This document shows positions 1-11,315 of a stretch of 64,000 nt of DNA, piece after piece. Made by a program: the position numbers and the translations under genes. The DNA comes from Marsupella aquatica. Taxonomy: Eukaryota; Plantae; Marchantiophyta. A model generated the notes under the pieces. It searched no databases. It had not been told where the DNA came from and saw only the letters and a list, made by a program, of their open reading frames with translations. The stretch is from contig OZ316892.1 of assembly GCA_973895155.1 (NCBI GenBank), positions 27,862,307 through 27,926,306 on the forward strand, written 5' to 3'. How positions within the stretch are numbered: the first letter of the stretch is position 1; each line of letters opens with the position of its first letter.

Positions 1-222
1 TGTTGGCGATGGTGCCGTGATGGTGATCAATTACGCTACTGCGTTCAGCGATGTCGCGGCGTCCTGCTTTGCTAAGAGGCCACACCTGTCCCGTCTTCTT
101 TGCGTTCTGGAAAAGAAGGAACTCCGTTTCTTCGGTTCGCTCAAGAAAACAACGTGGGCGATGAGCGAATGCTCCTTATCTCGAAAAGAGCTGACAAATG
201 CTCCCCTTCTGTTGGAGGACGC

Positions 223-640
223 TATCTGATGATCCAACGGCAGACATACGATACCCGTGCTATCTGATGATCCAACGGCAGGCATACGGTACCCGCGCTA
301 TCTGACGATCCAACGGCAGGCATACGATACCCAATAGGGGGTCTCAAACCTCAAAATTAGATAACCTTAACTCAGTTTTTTCTTATTATATATCAAAACG
401 GCAATGAACGAATGCTCCTTATCCTTTTATGAAACTGCTATATATGGAACAAGAATTGACAATCCAACGGCAGGCATACGATACCCAATAGGGGTCTCAA
501 ACCTCAAAATTAGATAACCTTAACTCAGTTAATATATATCAAAACCTTAACTCAGTATCTCATGATCCAACGGCAGGCATGGATACCCAGTAGGGGGTCT
601 CAAAGCTCAAAATTAGATAACCTCACAACCTTAACTCAGT
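223..640. repeat. Nested tandem repeats carrying five TCCAACGGC motifs
   Basis: A 38-bp unit (tctgatgatccaacggcaggcatacgatacccgtgcta) occurs about 3 times. A longer unit ending ggggtctcaaacctcaaaattagataacc recurs from ~309, ~463 and ~566. Confidence 0.85.
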
Positions 641-1027
641 TAGTATATATCAAACTCCCAAAACACAAAAGGGCACCCAACCAGGAGACATGGTTGCTAA
701 GGGCTAGGTTCCATGGGCCAGGGGGCAGGGAGTATTATCGAGGCTAGGCACAAAAAGTTACAATTTACTTAACCCTGTGAAAAAGCTATGACCATTGTTT
801 ATGGCCAAAGGGCATCATCCAGTGAGGATAGATTGAAACTTAGAGATGCCAACCGTGTGTGCTTCATTAAACTAATTAGAGTTAACTCTCTCCAAGTGCA
901 TACTCCTGGGAAGAAGCATTCTGGTGTGCACTAGACGGGCATGGGGGAGGCATTCTTTTCCGTACTAAAAAAGGCATGCACTTGTCAATAAATGCACTTT
1001 GATGAGATTTTTGCTCTTATCAATAAA

Positions 1028-1311
1028 TGTTAGGAGTTATTAGTAATTGTTGTTAGTCTAACCATAGTCAAGTGCTTGAATGTGCTAGTACTATATTAAC
1101 TAGCACAACTTTGTCTGTGAATTAGTTTAGAGATAAAGAGGCTTAGTCTGTGGAGAGTTAGTATGGCCAATGGGCTTAGAATTAATAAAGTTCTCTTCTA
1201 TGTTCCTGTGTGGGCGTAACCTCAATAGTGGTGAACCATGTATCTCTTGTGTGTTCGTTGGATGTTGCACATGTGCTAGCTATTTATGAGTAGGAGTTGT
1301 TTGCTTCACCA
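1028..1311 (+). mobile_element. Solo LTR (family also at 50917 and 63700)
   Basis: TGTT...ACCA ends with flanks ataaa/ataag (4/5 TSD match). Internal similarity to 50917-51260 (gtaacctca...ggtgaacca...cgttggatg). Confidence 0.6.
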
Positions 1312-1839
1312 ATAAGTGGACATGTACGCTTGTCAAATGTTTGCACTTATAAAATGTGCAAATATCAGGCCAGTTTGCACTTATAAAATGTCCAAAAAAG
1401 TGCAAACTACATGTAGAAAAAGGGGGAATCGTATGTCTTGCAGTCATTTTGCACTTATGTATTTTCACTTACAGAGAGCCAATTACACTAACCTCATTTT
1501 AGTAGAAGGGAACGCTATGACGGACTACTCACATGAACTTTGCAACCTGGATAGACCAGCTTACGCCTTGACCAGAAAATAATGGATTTGGTTACCAAAA
1601 AAAAGTGCTATTTATGGAGTCCTCTGGATTGCACTGGTTCATCAGTCCGCACAAATCATCAAACATTTAGGTCCATGCCGCCCTCACGGGTTTCTGGCAG
1701 TGAATTACCATAGGTGTAACTGGGTTCCCGCAAAACACATTTCGCGCCCAACACAAAAATGTGACTTTCCTCAAATGTGGGTTGTTTGGAGAAATGGGGA
1801 GTACATAAATCAAATTCCACGTACCACATCTTGAAAGGC

Positions 1840-2170
1840 TTTCTATGAACCAAACGCCCTGGACGACTGTGTCTTCATTGAAATAGGTTGCATACACATG
1901 TTTTGGCTTACTGTCAACTCAACACTAGACAAATAGAAAGAGAAAACTTTTTGGCTGGGAAAACTTTTAATGGCCACTGACCCATGTTTGTCTGGAAGCA
2001 ATAAAAATAACTTTTTTGCAATTGCGAATGGTGGAAAAGGGGCATGCCCCCAACGGGCCACTATCCATTTCCCTAGGTGAATAGTAGACCTGCCCTGGAT
2101 GCTGACCCACTCACTTAATAGTGGTGATTTGGCATGAAGATCAGCCTTCCACAATCATCCATAGATCTCC
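1840..2170 (-). pseudogene. Possible degenerate LINE (zf-RVT region) remnant
   Basis: Translation W-K-A-D-L-H-A-K...W...I-Q-G-R...L-G-K-W loosely resembles LINE zf-RVT leaders. Weak evidence. Confidence 0.25.
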
Positions 2171-2316
2171 CTCTATAATGAACAAATGAGGTGAGAAATA
2201 TGTTTGAAAGTTTTCCAAAATGTTTGCTTTTTTGTATGGGAGATTAATATATGTGAAATGAGTACTAAAGGTTACCAGAAGTACTTATACACTAAAGTGG
2301 CATCTGATTAATTACG

Positions 2317-2649
2317 ACAGCTTTTTACTAACCTGTCCCCTAATCTGCCCAATAATATTAGCATATTCTCCAAACAACATTAATTATCAATCTGTCCCCC
2401 ATTTTGTATTTGGGTTAACATAACTTGTATATGGGTTCCCGTAGCCAAGTGGGGCCAATGAAGGGGGGCCAAGGGGTGTTACGGTGGGCTCAGGCTATCC
2501 ACTAGCAACTTGCCACATGGCAATGGGTACCCGTATACATGTTAATATTAACCCAAATATGAAATGTGGGACATGTTGATAATTAATTTTGTTTTGGGGG
2601 CACTTTAGCAATATTGGGTAATTTGGGGGACAGGTTAGTAAAAAGCTGT
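2317..2649. mobile_element. Hairpin MITE with ~140-bp inverted arms
   Basis: acagctttttactaacctgtcccc at 2317 is the reverse complement of ggggacaggttagtaaaaagctgt ending 2649, and the arms keep pairing inward. Flanks taattacg/taattact (7/8 TSD match). Confidence 0.8.
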
Positions 2650-3088
2650 TAATTACTAGCCTTGTTAGTATCTGGCATTTAATTACAGTAGTGTAACACT
2701 AAGGACATGTTTCAATCTTCATAAAAACTTAGGGTGGTTTTTACAAGACATTGGCAAAACTTGTGACTTTTTTCACCATAGCAAACAAAGTTTGACTTCT
2801 TGCTCTAAACGATAGGCTCCAGACCAGATCTTTAGAAATGAAGCTAGATAAATGCAAATCCCTTGAAGAAGGGAGTCAAAGTTTGGATATGTTTGAACTG
2901 ATCTAAAAGTTTAGACAAAATTAACACTCCACATCAGCATTTCCTTGGGCCCATTCTTTTCCATTTAGGATTTGTACACACTCTACCTAGATGGGCCCCA
3001 AGTTATTCTAGAGCCAACTACAATCATTTCTACTCATTCTACAATCCATACTTAATTTCAAAGAGAATACAAATCAGCAATGGGCCCA

Positions 3089-3393
3089 TAGGGTGGGGCG
3101 GGCACTACAGGAGAGCCATACATCGCATATGGCGTTTCAGGGTTTGACCCCCCTAAGTTATAAGTGATTTGTTTTTGCAACACCCTTGCTTTCTTTAAAT
3201 GTTGCCATTTTTTACTGAAGAACCCCTAAAAGATTTGAAGGAAGTATTTTTTGTTTGTTCTTTAAAGTCGACCAATCAATAAGGCATGTCCTATTTGTTA
3301 TTCAAAAAAACTTCCACCACACCCATTTACATGGGCCTAGACTTTGTCGCACATGACACCCCCCCCCCCAAAGGGCCCCATGACCCACTCTAA
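3089..3393 (+). mobile_element. Degenerate MITE related to the P-like element ends
   Basis: gccatacatcgcat...gggtttgacccccctaa...actttgtcgcac is shared with 49640-49963 and 29198-29528. TIRs are eroded and there is no clear TSD. Confidence 0.7.
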
Positions 3394-3680
3394 GTCCACA
3401 CCAAGGATATGTATTTGGCAACAACAGTAACGAGGATTCTGCACAATTTCCAATGCAACCCTATGGGTATCATTCAAGTGAACAAGTTGGAGCAAGGAAT
3501 CACTCCTAGCATTTACACCAATCACTATATTTGTGACTTAGTAAAGTGGTGAATGGCAAGCTGAATAGCTGCAGCCAATTTAGGCTCTCGGAGAGTACCC
3601 TTGTACAAACCCACCAGTCTAGCTAGTGCAAGTGACAAGTGCAATAGTATGCAAATATCTAGTGCAGTCCACCATGTATG

Positions 3681-3945
3681 CGTAAGTAACCATTGAATCA
3701 GACTAGATAACAAATGCGAGATAACTCAATCATACACTACACTACACCGACGAAACATCACAAGTGGAGAAACTCCTTAAAGATCCATAGCATATAAGAG
3801 TACATGTTCTCCATCCAACCTATACCCCCCACGGGGGTTTTGATGTGCCAGCCTAAACTAAGTGGATCTTATCCTAATCTAACCAAGGGTTGACTATAGT
3901 AAGGCCAAACTGACTAAAGTTGGTAGCTTGAGTCAATTCCTAACA
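3681..3945 (-). mobile_element. LTR remnant, inverted copy of 14983-15279
   Basis: Minus strand starts TGTTAGGAATTGACT and shares ggccttacta, taggataagat, gggggtataggttgga and tgtttcgtcggtgtag with 14983-15279. No TSD seen. Confidence 0.7.
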
Positions 3946-4624
3946 ATCTGCTGCCAATTTGAAATGCACCGGGGCCATCAACAAGGATCAAGAGGCATCG
4001 ACACCATCTGTTGAGTTTGGCAAGGTGTGGAGCCAAACTTGCGGACCAAGGAAACATCTGGCACATGGGAGGCAACTTCTGGTTGGCAAGGAGGGCAGGT
4101 TTAGATACAGCACGACCTGATGGAGCTTTGGTGCCAAATTGTTTCAACCACACGTATAGCGCCTCGGGGGTCTCACTATATGGAGGACCCCCCCATCACC
4201 TGCGACATTTTCATGCCTAGACCCCCATACTTATTAAGTTGAAATTTTTTTTTCCTCTCCCTTTCTTTCTTCTAAGAGTCTAAAATCCAATTTGTATTGC
4301 CCCTATAATTTGTGAAGTAAAGTGTCACATATCAATAAAAAATGCCTAGAAAGAAAAGATAAGTCTGTGCCAGTACCTTGTGAAGTCGTATGTCAAACAT
4401 GGCAAGCCCTGCAACAGTTCTTGCACCTTTTTCGACCTCACACTTTCATCATTTCAATGCATCATTTATATTGTGTACCTAAAGGTCATCCCAATATTGT
4501 GTACATAAGTGGGATGGCCTTTAAGGTCACAACATGAATAATCCATTTCATCAACAATCAATTTGAAACCAATCACATACTCCATCCATACTCCATTGAA
4601 AACTTCTGCTGAGAGATGTAACAT

Positions 4625-4683
4625 GTGACGGAGGGGAATTGAACCCCTAATTGAGAAAGGATCTCAAGTTGCCAATCCGTCAC
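4625..4683 (-). ncRNA. 59-nt D-armless tRNA-like (mascRNA-like) structure
   Basis: Minus strand reads GTGACGG ATTGGCAAC TTGAGA TCCTT TCTCAA TT AGGGG TTCAATT CCCCT CCGTCAC A. This gives a 7-bp acceptor stem, a 6-bp hairpin and a 5-bp T stem with a TTCAATT loop, all Watson-Crick. Expression unknown. Confidence 0.6.
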
Positions 4684-4765
4684 CCCCTATCCTATCCCAC
4701 TACACCCACTAATATAAACAAAACATAATATATATACTCTCAAAAAGTAAACAGTAGCATAACAT

Positions 4766-7700
4766 TCATACCATTGTTTGAAGATACTGATCCAATGCAC
4801 GTCTATCTATTGGATCCAACACATAGATACGATCCATAACCCCTTCTTTCATGGTTAAGCTAACACTAGCAATGACCATTTCAATATCTATCCATTTCAA
4901 ATCAGTGGTATCATATCTGAATTCACTTTTGCTCTTACCAATAGGACTATACCAATTTAACAACAGTTCACAAATGCTACCTGATTGCCCTGCAAGTGGA
5001 GTGGGCCTATCCATCAAATCAATTGGTGTCCGACAATTGCTCCACCTACTACCATACTTTTGTCTCATTTGGACAATCCGACCCAACCAAAAATATTTAT
5101 TACCTGCTGAGATTGCCTCCACCGCAGCCTTATTCTTTCCTCCCTTTTTTTTCCAGATCTAGTACTTGGAGCAGGATTATCATCAGACTCAAATGCAATT
5201 GCACAATCAGTGCCAACATCAACAAAACATGAGTTAGGATTGGCTTCTTGCACTTTTCTCTTGCCAGTACTATAGTATAGCACTTGTTTCACCCTTGTCA
5301 GCCTATCTTTTGACAAATGTGGATTGCCTACCAGCTGGCTTACCAGAGTGGATTTGTAAATCACCTTGCCTTCATAAGTAACAGTAGGCACTACCTTGGT
5401 ATGATTCTGCACATTAGTTACAGCATGGACAACTGATCAACACATGCCGAACTTCATGGCCTAATGTCTCAAGCTCATCTGTGGGGTCTACATCAAACTG
5501 TATATCATCTCTATGTACATCATCTGAATGCATGTCAGGAATAACAATGGGATCTAGTTCTGTTAACCATGCATCTATTCTATTCAGATCATCCTCAGGA
5601 TCTTCCAATTCATGAAATCTCCAGTTGGGCGAGGCCCTATGTCTGGTGGTTGGTGCTCTACTTGCTCCTCAAAATCATTGCAAACAACTGCTTCCTTCAG
5701 AACCACCTCTAGTGGCCAGGTCTCACTTTCCACAACCCAAGGACATGTCCACCATCTCTTTCTAGCTGCTGGTAAGGAACTTCGTGGAGACATCTGCAAT
5801 TGATGCATAAGATCCTTAGCAGCAACAAAACCTTCTTTAAGGGCTGCAACCACTAATTCATTAGTCTCAATGAGAGAATAGTCAAGTAGATTTGGTGCTT
5901 CCTCCCCTTCCCCTATATGATGAATCTTCCCCCATACATGATCTTGCTTCTTATGTGAACGACCTATCTTCAAGCCTTCTGGTCCATATTCCAGGGCAGC
6001 AAGCCGGTTCAGTCCAACAACACTATCCAACAGAGAGCCAAAATCATAATTTCGCTCATGGCCACTCATGCCTCCTACCTTGCTGAAGAAAATCTCACAA
6101 CAATCCGAACCTAACAAGTGAAAGGGAACACCTAGATGTGGGAACTTATCTCGAAAGGCACAAATTAATAGCACAATGAAATGACATGACATGTTAACAT
6201 CATGAAAGGCCTTAATAGACATCATGTCTTTCTCAGTGTGTGCTCAAAGTTCCCACCCACTAAATGGTCACCAAACCTCAACCACAATCTCCACAAACGT
6301 AGAAAGAACGAAACCTTGGATGCTAACACAATACGGGACCTCAAGTCATGAACTGGAGAAAAGAAAATATCTAAGTAATCTGCACAAATCTCCAAGTACA
6401 ACTGAGTTCCTAAACTTCATTCATGTCGTACATCTCTCCTCTCATACATATCTTTCAGACATTGTTGCACTCTTCTTGCTGCTATTCGTTGTGGACCTGT
6501 CCAATTCTGCCGGTCAGTCCTATTCACATCATCCCAAGCCATGCCATGTTCATGAATTGGATAATGATTGTAGACATTAGCTACATAAGATAAAGATGCA
6601 TGTTGATCTCCTAGCACCAGTAAAGAAGACACTCTATCTAAGGGGTTTATCATCTTTTTCCCATTATGAGGTTGGTCTTGGTCACCAAAGCCATACAAAT
6701 CCCCATTTGGTAGAATTGAAACAGAGTAAGCCCACCCTTCCCACCCAACTCCGTACCTTGGGTATGATCCATTCTGCCCTCTGTAATCTTCCAACATCAA
6801 CTTTCGGCGACGTGCATCACCATCACTAGCATGTCCAAGCAAAGGGCCAACCATAGCTCTACAATGTTCATCCCAAAAAGCCTTTAACTGGACCCAATGC
6901 TCTCGTACCCAAGAAGTTGTGAACTTATTACAAGTTGGAAGTGCACACACAGCCAATTTAGGTAAGGACTCATGCAGAGGATTCACAATCACAACTCGAG
7001 CATACATGCACTTGGGGCATTGTTCAAATGTACTTACAATTTTATCATACCCCTCATCACCTTCACCAACTAGAATTTCCAAACCATAGGAGCATACATG
7101 CTGCTCTGAAGGTCCACAGAAACCAATGAGAGTATCATACTTTGCCTCCCACCTGAAACACAGACATGCAATTTTTCAATATCAGAGCAATTCCAGCCAA
7201 GTGCTACTTGTAAAGTCATTAAAAAAACGATTGGAAAAATGTCCAGTTCCAATTACCTAGGGCGTTCTTTGATCCTTGTTTCATCCTCAGCAAAGATAAC
7301 AGGCACATCCCCCTCAATGCCCAATGAGTGCTTTGCAGCAGACAACACTCTAGCAATCTCCTGAAAGGTTTCCTTCCGTAACCCAGTTCGAAAAGGTGTG
7401 AGTTTTGCTCTATCACGTTTTAGGGTCACAAGGCTAGGGGCTGTCAAGTTTCGTGCAAAACAATGAGCAACTTGACGGCCCCCAAATTGGAACATAGCCT
7501 GAGCAATAGCTCGAGTCCTATTACTGTAACGATTACCTTTTGGCTTCCTGCCTAAATTGCGAGCTACATCCTTCAAGAAATCCCACAAACCCTCCTTACC
7601 ACCAAATGCACCATTCTTGTGTCCATTCAAAATACTCCTAAGAAACAATCTCAAATCCTTCCTGTCTGCTGCAACTCCTAACAACTCCTCTAGTTTTCTT

Positions 7701-9330
7701 TTCCTGGTGCTCAAGGCACATACTTTCTGAGCCTGCAAAGCTAACAGCCAACGCTCTTTTCGTCGCACAGAGTTCAGCTCGTGCACTTGATCTCTTAACT
7801 CTAGGTTGGTCAAATAATCCAATCGTATACCACCAGCAGTGGTTCGGCTCCCTCTGTGGACTACTGCTTCCGCTTCCCTGTGCACCCGTCCACGAAAATC
7901 ATCTTCTAGTGTTATAGAATCACATTCACTACAAGTTAGATTTTCAAATCCTCCTCCATTTTGTGATAACCTCAAGCAATCCTTGTGTCTAAAACAGCCT
8001 GCTATACTCACAACACAGTCTCTTCTTGGATGGAAAACATCCAAGCAACAACTCGGCTCGCAATGCCATGTAATTCCCCCAGACTGATCATCCAAAATGC
8101 CGGAAATATCATAAGATATACCCTTCCATAACACTCGAGGCACACCTCTCTCTACCCATAATCCCCAGCAAAGCAAACTCAGACCAAGATCACAGATTCA
8201 CACACACCTGAACCTGAACTGCTGCCTGTTCGGGACCCATCATCTTTAAAGAACTTCAAAATCCCGCTCTGACCAGGATGTAGGTCCCTAGAATCAGTCC
8301 TCTTTGGCCTGCCCCTCTTCCCAGACCTCAAGGCAAGCATTTTTGTGTCATGCCTCGTCTCCAATGCATCCAAGTGATCTCGACTCACTAAGTGTGTCCT
8401 CAAATTGGGCTCCAAGGTAAGCTTCTTGGGGCACAAGTCAGTGTGAAGCATTCCACAAACAGTACAGCGAACCTTAAACAGGAAAGACATGTTTGCATAC
8501 TTAGGAGTACTGGGATCAGGAACAATAGAGAATAGTTTGCCATCATCCCCAAGCTCCGCATTCAATCGCTGAACTATCTCAACGCCTACTTTGATGGCGT
8601 CTGCATGATCATATTCTGGCTTCTCAGAGATGTCTGCTACCTGAACCAAAGTAGAAGGAATGCCCCTTCTCTGACAATAGTTATCCTTGTGCTTATTGAA
8701 GACCAAGTGTTTGGTTTTAAAATTACTAAAGCAATTGGAGATGGATTTAGGGTTCTGAGAGTTGCCTGCATTGCCATAAGTTTCCCTACATTCAAGACAC
8801 TCCAGATGCCCTCGAACATCTGTCCCCTCATCCCAGGTACGAATTCTCCAATTGTGATCACCATAACCCTTCTTATGTGCCCATTTCTCTAACCTCATCC
8901 ACTCATCTTTCCATAGCTTTGATGGAACATCTCCCATCAATTGTGACTCAAAAGAAGCCCTTACAGGGGAGGGTGCTGGTGCTGTTGGCCCCAGTTGTGG
9001 TGTCCCAGTATTCGGACCCAATGATGCAGGAGTGCAAGGATGACAGGGTACTGGTGGGATCCTCCCACCATCTCCAAGTTCTTGTTGTACAACAATAACT
9101 CTTCCATCCAGCTCAGACAGATCAATTAATTTCTCATGTACAGGTTTCACTCGACCAGGAAGTCTCTCATCCCAAAAATCAAAGTCAAAGTCTAGAGTAG
9201 AGCCAATACGAGCCCTAAAATCATGTAGGGTGTGTCCTTCTTTGAATGACAAAACACAGATTGGTAAATCAGCCTTGTCATCCCCAACTTTGCGTATTAA
9301 TTTCACAGAGTTGGGTTTAGGGGCTGCCAT
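4766..9330 (-). pseudogene. Decayed P-element/THAP9-like transposase
   Basis: Catalytic-type motifs in order: FAEDET (D1), ASDGD (D2), DQPHNGKK (D-x-x-H), DRQNW, SDCCEIFFS (E). N-terminus has two C2H2-like fingers (CLEC...H...H, CTVC...H...H) and a KRGRPKR AT-hook. GT-AG intron at 7256-7153. Disruptions: frame break at ~8180, TGA at 6417-6419, frame breaks near 6235, 5600, 5413 and 5120. Confidence 0.85.
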
Positions 9331-9825
9331 TGCAATACAAATCTAGAACATGCATAGCACAATTGCTTTTGGAGTCGATAACAAAAAGACCTGCACAAAT
9401 ACATTTGAAATACACACAATGCAAACACATTAGGATCTTCAAGAGATGCAATGACAACATACACATTCTCATGTAATATACATACTGTCAGCATACTTTT
9501 AACAAAAGAAGTGCTAATAGGCCAAAACACTTTATAATGCAATCCATCATACATGCAAATGTATTCAGTGAAAATCATGATATACCGTTAAAGTTGGATA
9601 AAATATCTTTGGACAAAATATCCTTTTCGCCTGGTTTTCTAATAGTTCCCGAGGTTTAGTGCTTCTGCTCATCAAAATGCAGCACTATTAGTGACCTTAA
9701 TTATGACAAAATGTCAACACTAATAAAATTGGGTACTACCACCCATGATGCAGCTTAAGTATTTGCCTTGCTCATACCCCACTACGACGTTGAAACCTAA
9801 GTAATAGGTTTGTTCATTATTCAGA

Positions 9826-10434
9826 TCACTGGAGCCATGAAATGTGGTCCCTGATTGGAGTCTTGAGGTGTGGATCAATAGGATGACGGGGGCAATAAAA
9901 CATCTGTCGCTGTTGTCCATGTGCTTCATGTTCCCAGATGTCCCTATCATGAGCAAACCCTTTGCTTTTGATCATCTGGAGACAATCTGTATGCCAGGCA
10001 TTTGGACATCGTAGACATTGTACCATGTTCTTGACCATCTGACCCTCAAGACTCTGATAACATGTCACACATGTATGCAGTGGGCAGGACTTTGCATCGG
10101 CTACCAAACACCCAAAGCAATAAAATCGTACACAAAAAATATCAGAGCATTTTTGCACAATTGTAGGTGACAGTCCCACAGTGCGGCACCCATAACACAT
10201 GGCCTGGTCCTGGTTACAATTTGGGCAAAACCATGGCTTCCCTCCATGATGGAGGGGAAGGACTACACAGGGGCAAGAGTCATTAGGGGCTTCATCTCCA
10301 ACCACATAATGAAATTGCCTGTGACATGGCCCATCACAAATTACCAACTTCCCACCGTGCTCACAAATTGCACAAACATGAGGGCTAGTTTGTAATCTCT
10401 TGCTCAGAGAACAACGGAATACGCAATACCTCTT
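9826..10434 (-). CDS. EDM2/NSD-type tandem PHD-finger cassette carried by the transposon (5' end possibly frameshifted)
   Basis: The frame is open from 10434: VCAICEHGGKLVICDGPCHRQFH...WFCPNC...CYGC...CPLHTCVTC...CLRCPNAWHTDCL...FYCPRHPIDPHLKTPIRDHI. This is co-linear with the EDM2 PHD region as recalled (VCAICDNGGEILCCEGSCLRSFH...CPLHKC...CRRCPKSYH...YCxxHEID...TPVRDHV). Confidence 0.75.
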   Translation of the reverse strand, partial: KRYCVFRCSLSKRLQTSPHVCAICEHGGKLVICDGPCHRQFHYVVGDEAPNDSCPCVVLPLHHGGKPWFCPNCNQDQAMCYGCRTVGLSPTIVQKCSDIFCVRFYCFGCLVADAKSCPLHTCVTCYQSLEGQMVKNMVQCLRCPNAWHTDCLQMIKSKGFAHDRDIWEHEAHGQQRQMFYCPRHPIDPHLKTPIRDHISWLQ

Positions 10435-10799
10435 CTAAAGAGGCTCCTTTGTTAGAGGACTGTGTTGCTTTCTTCATGTTTGAATTCCTTGTCGACATGG
10501 TTACAATTGCAATCATCACAAAGCACATCACATATGAGGGGGACATGTATGATAGTCGGCAATCCATAGACAAAGATAAGGTTAATCATAGCACCTACTC
10601 CAACGATCTGCAAACCTCCCTCCCAGATGAAGTCAACTACACAGTGCAACCTGAACACAGACCAACCAAGACATACATAAATACAATGCCAGCTTGCGAA
10701 ACTTGCCACATAACGGGAATGAAAAATATTCTCATATATCATGGATGGTACAATTGCAGCCTTGCAAACAAAGGCCTAGTCATATATGAACAACGCATC

Positions 10800-11040
10800 C
10801 ATGTACTATCAGGGACTACAATGTCAAGCATCCATGGGCTGTAACCTTAGCTTGATCTGGAATACTATCTGGGGCTACAATATCAAGCTCAGTTATATGT
10901 GGAATACTATCAGGGACTACAATGTCAAGCATCCATGGGTTGTAACCTTAATTTGATCTGGAATACTATCTGGGGCTACAATATCAAGCTCAGTTATATG
11001 TGGAATACTATCAGGGACTACAATGTCAAGCGTGTCTGGG
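10800..11040. repeat. Short tandem repeats (ggaatactatc...gctacaatRtcaagc) encoding IVxPDSIP units
   Basis: About five 39-nt-scale units within a ~117-bp higher-order duplication. They overlap the 3' part of ORF 10917-11315. Confidence 0.8.
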
Positions 11041-11315
11041 ATGACAATCTTGCGTAAAAGACACTCATTTTGAGGCCAAATGGTTGGCCTTATACAAGAG
11101 CACTTCCAGCGGCGTGTGACAACTTTGCCGTTCTTTGCCATGTATGTCCTAGTAACAAGTCTTACGCGCATTTTCAAGCAAAAGCAATGGAACCATTCAA
11201 AATTGCCATTGCCAACCCTGCACTTGACACAGGATTCACACCAGCAACATTCGTCTGGATGCTGCAAAAGGAGCTTCTCATAATTCTCCTCTAGGGTAAT
11301 CTTCAATATAGCCAT
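10917..11315 (-). CDS. Small ORF with a divergent PHD-like Cys/His finger
   Basis: CWC..CVKC...EWFHCFCL...WKCSC resembles the C4HC3 pattern and the ING-type EWFH motif. Spacing is atypical. Confidence 0.45.
   Translation of the reverse strand: MAILKITLEENYEKLLLQHPDECCWCESCVKCRVGNGNFEWFHCFCLKMRVRLVTRTYMAKNGKVVTRRWKCSCIRPTIWPQNECLLRKIVIPDTLDIVVPDSIPHITELDIVAPDSIPDQIKVTTHGCLTL

Noticed and set aside
4625-4683. Canonical tRNA-Arg(CCT) gene
   Set aside because: No D arm, a 2-nt variable region and a non-canonical anticodon loop. Kept only as a tRNA-like structure.
6417-6419. Programmed readthrough or selenocysteine at the in-frame TGA of the transposase
   Set aside because: CGA>TGA deamination is simpler, and several independent frame breaks show ordinary decay.
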